In this document: one piece after another, positions 27,280 to 40,999 of the stretch | Position numbering within the stretch: the first letter of the stretch is position 1 | Layout of the letters: every line of letters begins with the position of its first letter | Source of the DNA: Heterodontus francisci | Lineage: Eukaryota | DNA length: 64,000 bases | NCBI RefSeq assembly: GCF_036365525.1 | Contig: NC_090387.1 | Location: 89,941,691 to 90,005,690 of the forward strand | Direction of reading: 5' to 3' | Program-made: the position numbers and the translations under genes | The notes under the pieces: model-generated | The model's database searches: none | What the model saw: the letters and a program-made list of their open reading frames with translations, nothing else | What the model was told of the DNA's origin: nothing

Positions 27280-29890
27280 ACATTGCACTATTGATCAAGG
27301 AGTCAATTACTGCAGTAAGGAAGAATGATATCTTAGAAGGTTCCTCAAATCAGGCTATATGGGTAGAACTTAAAAACAAAAAGGGGGCAATCACTTTGCT
27401 GGGAGTGTACTACAGGTGTCCAAACAGTCAGGGAGAGATAGAGGAGCAGATATGTAGGCAAATCTCAGAGAGGTGTAAAAATAATAGGGTAATTATCGCG
27501 GGGGATTTCAACTTCACCAATATTAACTGGGATAGTTATAGTGCAAAAGGCTTAAAGGTGGCAGAATTCTTAAAGTGCATTCAGGAGAGCTTTTTGAGCC
27601 AGCACATAGAAAGTCCTACAAGAGAAGGGGCAGTACTGGACCTAATCTGAGGGAATGAAGCAGGACAAGTGGTAGAAGTTTCAGTGGGGGAGCATTTCGG
27701 AGATAGTGACCATAACTCTGTAAGATTTAAGGTAGTTATAGAAAAGGACAAAGATGGACAGGAAATAAAGGTGCTGAATTGGGGGAAGGCCGATTTCAAT
27801 ATGATAAAACAGGATCTGGCCAAAGTGGACTGGGAGCAGCTACTCATAGGAAAGTCTACATCAGACCAGTGGGAGTCATTCAAAAAGGAAATAGTGAGGG
27901 TTCAGGGCCATCATGTTCCCTTAAAGGTGAAGGATAGGATCGACAAGTCCAGCAAACCCTGGATGTCAAGGGATACAGAGGATTGGATAAGGAAAAAAGA
28001 GGTGGCTGATGGCAAATTCAGAGGGCTAAAAACAGCGGAGGACCTAGAGGAGTATAGAAAGTCTAGGGGGGGACTTCAAAAAGTAATTAGGATAGCGAAG
28101 AAGAGGCATGAAAAAACACAGGCGGACAAGATAAAGGAAAATCCCAAGGCGTTTTATAAGTATATTAATGGCAAGAGGATAATCAGGGAAAGAGTAGGGC
28201 CCATTAGGGACCAAAGTGTCAATCTGTGTGTGGAGCCAGAGGACGTAGGTGAGGTTTTGAATGATTACTTTTCATCTGTGTTCACTCTGGAGAAGGCCGA
28301 AGTAGGTGTAGAGATCAGGGAGGGGGATTGTGATATACTTGAACAAATTAGCAGGGAAAGGGATGATATATTAGTGGTTTTAGTGGGCTTAAAGTGTATA
28401 AATCCCCAGGCCCAGATGAGATGTATCCCAGGCTGTTATGTGAGGCAAGGGAGGAGATCGCAGGGGCTCTGACACAAATTTTCAAATCCTCTCTGGCCAC
28501 AGGAGAGGTGCCAGAGCACGGAGGACAGCGAATGTGGTGCCATTATTCAAGCAGGGTAGCAGGGATAAACCAGGTAATTACAGGCTGGTGAGTCTAACAT
28601 CAGTGGTAGGGAAACTAGAGGAAAAAATTCTGAGAGACAGGATTAATCTCCACTTGGCGAGGCATGGATTAATCAGGTATAGTCAGCATGGCGTTGTCAG
28701 GGGGAGATCGTGTCTCACAAATTTGATGGAATTTTTCGAGGAGATGACTAGGTGTGCAGATGAGGGTACAGCAGTTGATGCAGTCTACATGGACTTCAGT
28801 AAGGCTTTTGATAAGGTCCTGCATGGGATCCAGAGCAATTTGGCAAATTGGATGCAAAAGTGGCTTAGTGGCAGGGGCAGAGGGTGATAGTGGAGGGTTG
28901 TTTTTAAGATTGGAAGCATGTGACCAGTGGTGTACCGCTGCTGGGATCCTTTCTGTTTGTAGTGTACATTAATGATTTGGATGTGAATCTAGGAGGTATG
29001 ATCAGTAAGTTTGCAGATGACACGAAAATTGGTGGTGTCGTAAATAGTCAGGTGGAAAGCCTTAGATCACAGGATGATATAGATGGGCTGGTAACTTGGG
29101 CGGAGCAGTGGTAAATGGAATTTAATCCTGAGAAGTGTGAGGTGATACATTTTGGGAGGACTAACAAGGCAAGGAAATATACAATGGATGGTAGGACCGT
29201 AGGAAGTACAGCAGGTCAGAGGGACCTTGATCTACTTGTCCATAGATCACTGAAGGCAGCAGCACAGGTAGATAAGGTGGTTAGGAAGGCATATGGGATA
29301 CTTGCCTTTATTAGCTGAGGCATAGAATATAAGAGCAGGGAGGTTATGATGGAGCTGTATAAAATTCTAGTTAGGCCACAGCTGGAGTACTGTGTACAGT
29401 TCTGGTTGCCACACTACAGGAAGGATATAATTGCACTGGAGAGGATGCAGAGTACATTCACCAGGATGTTGCCTGGGCTGGAGCATTTCAGCTATGAAGA
29501 GAGACTGGATAGGCTAGGGTTATTTTCCTTAGAGCAGAGAAGGCTGAGGGGAGACCTGATTGAGGTATACAAAATTATGAATGGAGGTGTCAATAACCAG
29601 GGGGGCATAGATTTAAGGTAAGGGGCAGGAGGTTTAGAGGGGATTTGTGGAAAAAGGTTTTTCACCCAGAGGGTGGTTGGAATCTGGAATACACTGCCTG
29701 AAGAGGTGGTAGAGGCAGGAACCATCATAATATTTAAGAAGTATTTAGATGAGAACTTGAAACACCATAGCATACAAGGCTATGGGCCAAGTACTGGAAA
29801 ATGAGATTAGAATAGATAGGTGCTTGATGGCCGGCACGGACACGATAGGCCAAAGGTCCTGTTTCTGTGTTGTGTAACTCAATGACTCTA
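27280..29890 (+). mobile_element. 5'-truncated, decayed CR1 LINE (APE-RT to tail)
   Basis: Serial ORF fragments 27273-29621 covering APE and RT (FADD); 3' UTR ending in a tgactc-type tail. Confidence 0.93.
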
Positions 29891-30369
29891 CTCATAGGGC
29901 ATATGTATTTTTTTAAATGGATAAATCTCTTCTGGATTGAGTAGAATGTTTAAATCTTCATTCCCCAATAGTGTCTTGTATCTGCAGCTGCCACCAGATC
30001 TCCCCCCTGCAGGAACTCGGCGTATTTGTTGATGGATGTGAAGTAGGGGCTGAAGATGTTCAGTTATTGTTCGGGGAGTCGGAGTCATGTGACGGCCCGG
30101 GCAGTGCTGTCGCTGGGAATCGACCAAAGCTACAAACTACACTGTCCACCTCTGCAGCCGTCAATTCGGAGCTGTCTCCTGATGCTGCTCACTTCCTGAG
30201 GATTGGCAGGTGGGATAGAAATCTTTGGCAGAGCTAATTCTGGCCCGCGGACTGTACGTTGGACAATCCTCTTTGAGATCCATGGTAATTTTAAATGTCT
30301 TTCTCGGAGCAAGATATCTAAAATTACCATGGACCTCAAAATTTTTACCTCTGACATGGACATGTTGCC

Positions 30370-32420
30370 GACCTCACTCATCTCCATCTTAAAAGGGAGA
30401 CCCCTTATTTTGAAACTGTGTCCATTACAAGGGAAACATCCTCCCAACATCTACCCTGTCAAGCCCCCTCAGAGTCTTATATATTTCAATAAGATCACCT
30501 CTCAATCTTCTAAACTCCAATGGGTATAAGCCCAACCTACTCAACATTTCCTCATAAGCCAAGCCCTTCATCCCAGGAATCAGCCAAATTAACATTCTCT
30601 GAACTACTTCCAATGCAAGTATATCCCTCCTTAAAGCTGCACACAGTACTCTAGGTGCAGTATCACCAATGCCCTGTATAGTTGTAGCAAGCCTTCCCTA
30701 CTTTTATACTCCATCCCCTTTGCAATAAATGTCAACCTTCCATTTGCCTTCCTAATTACTTGCTGTACCTGCATGCTAACATTTTGTAATTCATGTACAA
30801 GGATACCCAGATCCCTCTGATTCTGTGGTCTTGGTCCATGTAAATAATGTCCTGTTTTTGTGTTCTTCCTGCCAAAGTGGTCAACTCACATTTTCACACA
30901 TCATGTCTCCATCTGTCAAATTTTTGCTCACTCACTTAACCTATCTAGATCTTTTTGCAGACGCTTTGTGTCCTCCTCAGAACTTGTGTTTCTATCTTTG
31001 TTTCATCTGCAAATTTGACTACAATGCACTCAGTCCCTTCATCGAAGTCGTTAAGAAAGACCAAAAATAGTTGAGGCCCCAACACTGATCCCTGTGACAC
31101 TCCACTAGTTACAGTTTGCCAACCTGCAAATGCCCCATTTTTTCCAACTCTTTGTTTCCTGTTAGTTAGCCAATCGTCTATCCATGCTAAAATATCACCC
31201 CAACTCCATGAGTTCATATCATGTGTAGTAACGTTTTATGTGGCATTTATCAAATACCTTTTGGAAATCCAAATACGCGACATCTACTGGTTGCCCTTAA
31301 TCCATCCTGCTTGTTCCATCTTTAAAGAACTCCAATAAACTTGTCAAATGTTATTTCCCTTTCATAAAATCATGTTGATTTTGATTCCTGATTGTATTCG
31401 GATTTTCGAAATGTCCTGCTACTACTTCCTTAATAATGGATTCTAGCATTTTCCCAATGACAAATGTTAGTCTAACTGACCTATAGGGCTGAAATTACAG
31501 TGGCAGCCGTAAACAATGGTGTCACACACGTGCAGGCCAAGTTTTGCGGAGCCGCTGCGATATTAAATGCGAAGGCTCATTTAAATATTCGGGGTGGACC
31601 ACCACCCACCACCCACCCACCCCCCCACCAATGATGGGAAGGAGATGGGTGGTCCGTTCCTATCAAAGGTGTCAGGTGCCATTGCGCAGGCGCTGATGCC
31701 ATTGTTAAAAGGCTTTGAGCCCTACAGTACAATTTAAATTTTTAAAGGAATCCTCATTTTAAAAAATAAATAAAGTGATCCCAACCCTCTCCCAGCCCCC
31801 CTAATAAACACACAAGTAATTACCTGCCTTCTCCCCACAAAACACTTACCTTGTGCTGCCGAACTTTCCCCCCAAGGTTCATCAACTTTAAACTTTGCCC
31901 CTTCCCACCACCCCCAAGATGAATGAAATTAGATTGACTCCGCTCCTCCTGCTCCATCACTGGAAAACTTACCTGCTCCCCCCTCCCCATCAGTAGTCCA
32001 CCTTGGATACCTGGATGGGTATCTGAAGTCATGGGAGTGCCAGCCACTGGCCCCAATTTTGCACCAGAGCGGATGGCGGGAGCGGGTAAGTACTTAATTC
32101 CTTGAATTTAATAAATTTTGCAATGTAAATATGTCTCCCATCGCAGAGTCGTGGAGGGGGGGGGGGCGTGGAGGGGGGCTGCCACAAGGCCTCACTGCCA
32201 ATGGCAATATCGGGCCGGGCATTCCCAGCATCGAGGCTGCTGCAGGCCTGTGCCGGAGGCATTTTCCAGCCACCCACGCCATGTCTCCCAACGTTGGGGG
32301 GGCTGTAAAATCCAGTCCATAGTTTCCTGCTTTCTGTCTCCCCCTTTTCTTGAATAGAGTTGTTACATTTGTGATTTTCCAATCCACTGAGCCACTCCAG
32401 ATTCCAGGATGTGGGAAAAT
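30370..32420 (-). mobile_element. Decayed CR1 LINE interrupted by a MITE
   Basis: Minus-strand RT fragments (VSQGSVLGP, KFADE, RLRGDLIE); the sequence rejoins across 31486-32318. Confidence 0.88.
31486..32318. mobile_element. Harbinger-type MITE, TIR GGGCTGAATTTT-like, 3-bp TSD ATA
   Basis: ata|gggctgaaatta ... taaaatccagtcc|ata; removal restores the host CR1. Confidence 0.85.
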
Positions 32421-32539
32421 GAATCAACATTTAAATAGAATTACATTTGAACATACAGCACAGAAACTGACCATTTGGCCCATCAGGTCTATGCTGGTGT
32501 TTATGCTGCAGATGGTGAGTGGGATTGGACAGACGGTGA

Positions 32540-33650
32540 AACCAGCATACACCAGATCCTGTCAGTTTTCTGATGGGCGGCTTAGATTACAATTGCTGTC
32601 AGTATGTCTCATTTCTGGGCTTAACCCCGCCCAGCCTCAAACAGCTTGCAGTCCTTATATGGGCTCTCAAATCAGGGCCAACATCACCCTCCACATTATG
32701 ATGGAGGAGGTTGTCACATGACATACAGTGAAACCATGGCAACCCAGAGGGAAGTGGCTTGCACCAGTAGCTGAAGTGCAGACATTGAAAAGCTCTTGAC
32801 AAGTAGGGGCAAGTTTGTTTAAAGCTTAAGTCTTCAGCAGAACATTATGTCATGGAAGGAACAGATGAGACTGAGGAGCTTCAGGGGACAACCGGGTTTT
32901 CCCAAAATCTTGTAGAGCCCTACTCTGCTGATGGTTTTGAATGCTTTAGTGAGGTCTATAAAAGTAAGGTAAAGGGGTATACTCTGTTCCCTACACTTCT
33001 CTTGTTGCTGGCATATGGAGAAGATCATGTCCACAGTAGATCTGCTGACACAGAAACTGTGCTCTGCTTCTGGGTACACTCAGCCTGCAAGTAAATGGTG
33101 TCTTTTAAGCATGACCCTAGGAAAGGCCTTCACCGTGACGCCAAGGAGTGAGATGCCCCTCTAGATGTTGCAGTCTCCTCTATCACCTTTGTTTCCATAT
33201 CGTGTGATGATTTTGGCATCTCACATCTCCTGTAGAAAAGAGCCTACTTTCCAGCAGAGAAGCAGAAAGTCATAAATGTGTGGCAAGAGATGGGACTTTC
33301 CATGCTTGAGAAGTTCAGCTGGGATTCCGTCCTTACTGGGTGTCTTTCTATTCGCTAGGTGGTCTATGGCTCTCGAACTCCAGTGATGAGGGTCCTTCAT
33401 CTTATTCATCCATGGCAGGAAGTTGCCGGAGATTGTTATGCATGGATTGGGAGATGAGTACAGTTCACAGCAATGTTCAGCCCAGTGGAACATCTGTTTA
33501 CTTCTGTCGGTGAGTACTTCACCATCTGTCGACCTCAGGGGAACAACTTTGGTGATGACAGGGACAGGCGCATGCTTGGTCCCTTCATGCATTTGCTCCT
33601 AAATTTCCTTTGTCACATGTAGTTTGGATTTCTTGACATAAGTTGATCTA
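32540..33650 (-). mobile_element. RTE-clade LINE fragment
   Basis: RSTVDMIFS..QEKCREQ..PLYLTFIDLTKAF..GCP.KLLSLI and KTPSKDGIPAELLKHG. Confidence 0.88.
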
Positions 33651-34802
33651 GTGTTTGTTTGCACAGTATCTCCCTGTCCTTTGCACAGCTGTCTTGACTG
33701 TCAGAACCTGCCTCTCAAGGATTGGCCTTCACAGCCATCAGCAAAAGTGAACCAAGAGAAGACACCTCATCTAAATGGACTGTTGTTGTTGCATGTCCAT
33801 CATCTTCCCGAGATGAAGGGATGCCAACAACAACGTCTTCAGCATCAGCGGAGGTCAAAGTCGCTTCTTAATGTAACTTAATTCTTAAACTCATAAGAAC
33901 TTGTGGAGCTCTAAATCATTTGTTTCCAGAATTTAGCTTGGTGATAGATCCGAATCTGTGAAGATTGAAAATACTTTGTTTACAGAACAGTTCTTAAATT
34001 CATCAGATTGGAAATAACTCTCCTTCACAATATCAGGGCAAAATAATTGAAGAAACAAAGGTAACTTCAAGCTGTGAGTAAACAAAAGGAATCCTTGTTT
34101 GACGATTACCCGAAAAAGTGAAATGGTTTAACAGTGAGATTTCTCTTCAAATTGAACAGGAATAGTCACAGCAAATATAACAAGGACAGGGAAATGGAGC
34201 TGAAGAGCCAGGAATGCTTTCATGCTGCCTCATTTCCATGGGAATGGTTGCAGGCTGGGGTTTAGGCCCAAGGGAAGCCCCAGGTAATCCAGGAATGACG
34301 TAAATAGATCATTGGCCCAGTGATAAATGATAAATGTCTCTACCTTACTTCTTATCATTAGCAGTCTGGGAGAACCAGCCCTTTAAACTCCATGTGTCAA
34401 AAGTTATCTATAATACATTGTTTAAAGAAACCAGAGAGGAGGTGTACAGGGACCTGGGTAAGGAAATGGAAGAATCATATATAATGAGCCTGAATTAAAA
34501 TAAATATTCATTGGAATTCATGGTAGAAAGTGGGACAAGGAGAGAAAAAGCATTCATGAGAGCTACGGTGGTCAACTTGGGAGGCATCAATTGCTGGTGC
34601 GGCTTCATATATATCAGTGGTACAAAGCTCTGGGGTTGGTCTTCCAGGACATTAGGAAGCAGTATGGTTGGAAAGATAAGTCTGGTTGGTAAGTACGCAG
34701 ATTCTACAGGTCGATAGATAGGTAAGTATGTGGGAGAGAAAGTTATTCTGCACAGGCTGGTGGGCAAGCTGGAAAGCACTTGGGATAGGTGAGCAATTGG
34801 GG

Positions 34803-34883
34803 CAGGAAGCACTAATGTGGGTGGGTGACCAGGAAGCACTAATGTGGGTGGGTGACCAGGAAGCACTAATGTGGGTGGGTGAT
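34803..34883. repeat. Three near-perfect copies of a 27-bp unit CAGGAAGCACTAATGTGGGTGGGTGAC
   Basis: Direct reading. Confidence 0.9.
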
Positions 34884-34929
34884 CGGTGCAGAAGCTCTCA
34901 ATATGGCCAAGTTAGTTGGGCAACTCATG

Positions 34930-35360
34930 GAATTATAGCATCATACAACACTGAAGAAGGGCATTTGGCCCATCGGGCCTGTCCCAGCTCTTTGAAAGGA
35001 CTATCCAAGTAGTCCCACTACCCTGCTCTTTCTCCACTGCCCGACAAATTTTCCCCTTCAAGTATTTATCAAATCCCTTTTGAAATGTATTGTTAAATCT
35101 GTTCCCGCCACCAATCATAAAAACTGCCTTGGTTTAAAAAGAATTGTCTCTGCCTGTCACCTATGTTTCTTTTGCTAATTACCTTTAAATCTGTATCTTC
35201 TGGTTAATGACCCTTCTGCCACAGGAAGCAGTTTCTCCTTATTTCAAGATTTTGATCACCTATTTAAAATCTCCCCTTAGCCTTCTCTGCTGTGAGGAGA
35301 ACAATCCCAGTTTCATCTCTTCACATATCTGATGTCTTTTATCCCTGGTACCATTCTGGT
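34930..35360 (-). mobile_element. CR1 3' end fragment
   Basis: KLGLFSSQQRRLRGD and FDKYLK remnants followed by a CR1-type 3' UTR. Confidence 0.75.
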
Positions 35361-35670
35361 AAAACTCCTCTGCAGGATTCAGCAGGATATCTGGAGCATT
35401 GTACAAGGTAGCTAGATACATGTTAGACTGTATTGCTGGCCGTGACCTCAGAGCAAATCTCAAACCCCAGGTTCATGGCAGAAATTCAGCCTCATGGCAG
35501 AACACTTCTGCAAAAACTGAAATATATTAGCAGATTTTTAATGTTTTTACATTATGAATTATGCTGTTTATCCAGGAGTAATTGATTTGTTTCTGTGCAG
35601 AGTGGTTATTAATATTCTGATTGTTAAGATATGAAGGTGGTGATCTCTGAATGTTGAAATTTTCAAAATA

Positions 35671-36017
35671 TGATTTGATTTTGATTTGATTTAGAGATAC
35701 AGCACTGAAACAGGCCCTTCGGCCCACCGAGTCTGTGCCGACCATTAACCACCCATTTATACTAATCCTACACTAATCCCATATTCCTACCACATCCTCA
35801 CCTGTCGCTATATTCCCCTACCACCTACCTATACTAGGGTCAATTTATAATGGCCAATTTACCTATCAACCTGCAAGTCTTTTGGCTGTGGGAGGAAAGC
35901 GGAGCTCCCGGAGGAAACCCACGCAGGCACAGGGAGAACTTGCAAACTCCACACAGGCAGTACCCAGAATTGAACCTGGATCACTGGAGCTGTGGTGCTA
36001 ACCACTGCGCCACTGTG
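35671..36017 (-). mobile_element. HE1-type V-SINE with (AAATC)n tail
   Basis: Homologous to 23457-23734; tRNA-like head GCACAGTGGCGCAGTGGTTAGCAC on the minus strand. Confidence 0.87.
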
Positions 36018-36927
36018 CAAATGATATTAGGTAAAGTGCAGTCTAATGATGATAGACAGTTTTATTCCATACATGTGACACTGTTGAGGGTCTGGAGGTA
36101 TTGGGGAGGGTCTGGAGCCTCTGGGGAGACTCTGGGGTCTCCCAGGATTGGGAGCAGCAGTTTAGCAAAGCTGTCTGGTTTCAGGTGATGCTGGAGCATA
36201 GGGCAGGGGTGTCTGAGTTCAGTATCACAGGGGGTTCCAGGAGATTAAAGTTTTTAACTGTTTATTCTAGAAGGTTTTGATCTAGGAATTGGGCACATAG
36301 CCCCTGTTTTTCAGACACCATTGGTTTACCACATCTTCAAAATGATGGACAACAGGATGTGTGTCATCTGACATATCGGTGACACACCAGGCCACCTTGT
36401 TTCAATTTCCTTTCAGTATGTCAATGGAGCACCACGGAAGCTTGTGGGCTAGGGCCTGGATACCTCTCAGATTGGAGGATCTGCAATACACACCATTCTG
36501 TACTCTCTGACACATCACATTCCCTCTCCCCAATCTCACACATCACTCCCAAACTCTCAGACACACCACATTCCCAATCTCTCCCTATCTTCAATTTCAT
36601 ATACTCTTTCTCTAAGCTAAATTAGGAAAGAGAGGACACCAAAAAATAGGAGCAAGGAAAATCAAGGAAACCCCAAAAAGTTTTCTCAATACACAAAGAG
36701 TAAGTGGATAAGCAAGGAAAGAGTAGGACCATTTAGACACCAAAAAGTGAACTTTTGAGTGAAGGCGCAAGACATGGGTATTGTTCTTAATGAATACTTT
36801 GTGTCCATTTTCACAAAAGAGCATGACAAAGCAGACAAAACATGACAAGTAGTTTAGGAGGAGGAGGAATATGAAATATTGGATGGGATAAACGTGGTGA
36901 GGGAGGAAATATTAAGGTGTTTAGCAT

Positions 36928-37854
36928 TGTCATGCAGGTCCCCACCTGCCAAGAATGAGGCAGATTAATTTCTCCACATGAACATTGATTTTTAAACTGC
37001 TACTGGAGTAAAGAAAGAACTTGTTTTTTAAAAGAAAGCAACACCAGATCCTTGACTGGAAAGACATTTGCATATTCACAGACAGTACTTAAAAGGGACA
37101 AAAGACCATTCCCTGATACATTCAATCCACAATGGACTTTTGATTACCAGATGTTGAAGGTGGAGGAGTTAGCATTCCAGGTTGACTGGTAAGATGGCCA
37201 AATACACAAACAAACATGGTCAGACCAGTTTAGTCACGTGACTAATTGACTGTTGCAGTTTTTTTTTCCACTTGCCACTGAGAATTTGAACTCAGAAAGC
37301 TGTTTGCTCCTGGACTGACAAGACCTCTCGTGGCTGGCTTGCTGCAGCCACTCCTGCCTGCTTCCATCTCTTTCCCACAGAACTGAAAACCATTGAAGAC
37401 ACATGAACTCCAAGAGAGAAAGGTCTCCTACAGTGGACAAGGTTTAAGAAGAATGCTGGGCCCCAACAAAAAGACCATACCTCGAATCAAGGACTACAGC
37501 CCTCCTCAGAGATTGCCTCAAACTGTTCTACTTTATATTTTCTTCTGCTCTTTTCTGTCTCTATTTGCATGTACATATCAGGTATGCATGCTCGCGTGGA
37601 ACACGGTGTATATCCGTAGGCGTTAACTGAATTAGAGTTTGTAGTTTAAGTTTTAATAAATTTCACTTTCTTTCTTTAATCCTAAGAAAGCCTGTTTGTG
37701 CTCATTTCTTTGCCTTTTAATTGGAAAGCAGTGAACAAGGATTCACCAAAGGGAGAGCTAAAACACAGCGTGTTTAAAACAAAACCCTGTTACAGTAAGA
37801 TCAGGTGAAGGCTGAAAGGAAACCTCTAGATCGCTTTCTCACCTGGTTGTAACA
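36928..37854 (+). mobile_element. Solo LTR (927 bp), TG...CA, 4-bp TSD GCAT
   Basis: gcat|TGTCA...TAACA|gcat; AATAAA at ~37655. Confidence 0.85.
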
Positions 37855-37895
37855 GCATGCTTTAAAGTGGGCGAATCACAAAGCCTGGTCTAAAC

Positions 37896-38561
37896 TGTAA
37901 TCTGTTAACTGTAAGTAGTTAACCCCTTACAACAGGTCTGGATGTGACAAAAGTTCAGTTGTGAATCTACTTTATTGAGACAAAGTCAGAACAAGTTTAT
38001 CAAGTTTTGCTCAAACTAAAGCAATAAATTCAGGCAGCGATTTACAGTCTAATGTGGTCTATATACCTCCTGTATTAGTTCTGGATGGAACAGCACACAT
38101 CTTTTCCCTGCAGCTTTTAGTCTCCAGTCTTCAGATTTCTCTCTGTCTCTCCTTGACATCTTGGTTCTGTCTTCTCTGCCGCACTGACTTGATCGGGAGG
38201 GTCTCTTTTATCTTATCTCTTTTCCAATTAACCCCTCCTGGTTCCCATTCATACTCATCACTATGGTGTTTCACCAGAGCAGACGGACGTGTACCCTATT
38301 ATGACTTCTTCATTCATCTCAGTATCAGCTATCTCAGTCTGCTTCATTCCTTCAGTCGCTTATCTCTTAGCAGTCCCAGAACATTTTGTGTTTTCAGCCT
38401 ACACACGCAGTTAAAGTCTGCAAGGTATTTTTTCTGACACACATAGTTTGAAACTTGGCTCTACTTCTGGTTATTCCTCGACTTGATATTAGTTTATAGT
38501 ATGTCCTCATTATACTTATCCTAATAAAATTTTTTAAGGTATATTTATTTAATTTCCAACA
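37896..38561 (-). repeat. 3' LTR of the provirus
   Basis: Colinear with 43902-44496; minus strand TGTTGG...TTACA; AATAAA on the minus strand at ~37971-37976. Confidence 0.9.
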
Positions 38562-38573
38562 ATTCCCCACCTT
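38562..38573 (-). other. Polypurine tract
   Basis: Minus strand AAGGTGGGGAAT abuts the 3' LTR. Confidence 0.75.
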
Positions 38574-38658
38574 GAAGGGAGATAGACATATCAACCCCTC
38601 ATTGATTATTTTTAAGCAAAACTGCGAACTCTAAACTACACGTTTTGTGACTCACTTT

Positions 38659-40236
38659 TCATACAAGTTGTCTCAGATAGTAAAGCATAAAAATTCCTAC
38701 TACTAGCACTACTGCTTGGGTCAATACCACGAGCGGGAACAAGGTTCGGAGCCATGGGCGTTTCCCTACATTATACATAGTATTCCATCATGATTGTTCT
38801 CCTAACAGTTCTATTTTCTTCCTTCTTTGGTTGTTTTCTTGCATCATTTTACCAAGTGATTCTGTGAGATGGTAGCCCTCTCGATTCTTGATCATAGACT
38901 CAGAGATATGGAGGTATGGGATGTCCAACGCTCACAATGGCTTTGTGGGCTTCAGCCTGCATGGCGGAATAGATTGTCAGTTCGGTGACATTATGTATTG
39001 ACATGGGGAGCAGGACGTTGCCTCCTATTATGGTCATCTGGATGGGCTTGAAACAAAAGGTGGGTTCCAATAATAGGATACTCCTCCCCTCCATACCTCA
39101 TTGTTTGGGCATTAGTGGTGACACAATACATCTCCATCTGAAGGTAGACATATTTTGCACTACTTTCACCCCACCTTTGGACGTTCTTATTGCATACTAG
39201 TAGTTCCTAGTCTAGGGTGAACCCACACACAGGTCAACCTGGGTTCCGAACGTCACAGCGGCATAAGTAAACTTCTTCCCTTTCTGAGCAGCACTCGATG
39301 TTCAGGCTGTCCCAGGTTAGATTGCATTTGATCAAAATTGGTGGAGAGGTTTCATACGAGGGGTGGACATCTTAGTCTATCATCCCAATTAACTCTACTC
39401 TAAATACCTTCCATTCATCCTCTCTTTGTCGGCGGGGTAACCTTAACACGACCAGGACTATCGGTTTTATTGTCATAGTCCTTAATTCCTTTCACTGAAT
39501 AGGACAATCCATGCTGCCTGGCCACTTTGGTGTGGTCATGGTCTGTGAACCAACCCCTGATCATACTGTCATTCACAAGGATGGAATCTGTTTATTCCCA
39601 ATATCATCAAGGCCAGCCATTATCTGATCTAACATCATAGCTTCCATAAATTGAGCAGCCAATAGCCTTCGATATATTCCCTTCAGTTTCTCCTTTACCC
39701 TTTGTTACTGCATTGATGTGATCCTGGATTTGTGAGAATATCTTCACCTCATTCCTAACTGCCAGCAGGTTCTGAGATAATTTGTGAATTATATTTTTGC
39801 CTTCATTCATTCCTGCTAAAATCCCCTTTAATTGTCTCCTTCTGGCCTCATTGTGTTCCCACATATCCTCAATGTCTATTTTATTCCAGGCAGCTAACTC
39901 GCAGTGGCCGCGATATCGACCCATTCCCAAAACCCTCTCTCCCTTCTGCCGCTCCCATTTGCTCCCGTAGAATTCACCTCCATTGACAAATAAAACAGTA
40001 AGTGCTGGAAATACGCAGGTCTGGCAGCGTCTGTGGAGAGAGAAACAGAGTTAACATTTCAGAAATGTAATACACCGATTACAGTAAACTATCATGTTGC
40101 AGCTCGCTCACAGGTTCACATTCTCTTGATTCCCTTGGTCATCATGTGCAGTTACGCGTTGCAGAGTTGAATCTTATACCAACGTAGTCCAAATGAGTAA
40201 TAGTCCAACATCCATCCAGCAGAGAGGCGATCTCAT
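38659..40236 (-). pseudogene. env: env / class I fusion glycoprotein (F-like), with multiple frameshifts and stops
   Basis: Signal-like MRSPLCWMDVGLLLIWTTLV; RRER site (39936-39947) then GFWEWVDIAATAS-LAAWNKIDIE; heptad-like helix; IVLVVLRLP...WKVFRVELIG; Cys-rich ECC..YLCRC..VCG..YCVTT; C-terminal hydrophobic anchor. Confidence 0.75.
39989..40062 (-). mobile_element. Penelope-like short repeat fragment inserted in env
   Basis: gctggaaatacgcaggtctggcagcgtctgtggagagagaaacagagttaacatttcag is the reverse complement of the 43684-43765 family sequence. Confidence 0.72.
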
Positions 40237-40319
40237 TGTATACCTTGATTGTCCGGTTATTCCAGGCCTTCCTGTAACAGATCAATGAAGCATTTATTCT
40301 TTCACAGTTTTCAGCCGAT

Positions 40320-40790
40320 TAATATGATACTACTTTGTGTACTTTGAACTTCTTTACCCCAAGAAATGAATTAAGTAGACTGCGGGACACAAGCGGTCCA
40401 CAATTGGGTATCGCCCCTTCCATTTGCGTTGAACGACATGCTCTTTTTTGCCATAATACAGGACCATAACCATGCCTCCTACTTGGTACTGAAATGATCG
40501 CACCTTCTTGCCGCAGTATTTCTTGATCTGCTTCTTTGACTTCCCCAGAATTTGTGCTACAAACTGATTCATCTGATTTGTGTACACGATTACCTTTTCC
40601 AACCACTTAGAACTACATGGCCCTTGTAGCAGAGGGCTCATGCATGGCAAGGTCAGGTTCTCATCAGTCTCCTGGTCATAGTCTGATATGGTGATACTCC
40701 CGTTGCTTTGTGTGCGGTCGAGTGGATCACCATTAGACACGTTGGAGGCATACTCGCCAATGAGTGGGGTGGTCGGCACATAGTTTCTTC
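40320..40790 (-). pseudogene. pol: Integrase C-terminal region with GPY/F module
   Basis: ASPYQTMTRRLMRT, KKYCGKKVRSFQYQVGGMVM, KWKGRYPIVDRLCPAVYLI. Confidence 0.8.
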
Positions 40791-40999
40791 AACTTCATTC
40801 TCAGGGTCTTATTACCCCTCTCCACCACTCCCAAAGACTGGGAGGGGGGGGGGGGGGGTGTTGGTGGTGTTGGGAGATGTGTAACTTATGTTTTTCCCTA
40901 TTATTTCTTGATTTTCTATGATTGTCGTGATCATCAGGGAAATCATTTGGCCTAACATTTGCTCATCCCCGGATAGTTTTGTGTTGGGCTGGAGCAGAA

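Noticed and set aside
34495-35012. ORFs with LVLPGHPPT / QEALMWVGD repeats
   Set aside because: Caused by the 27-bp triplication; no other coding evidence.
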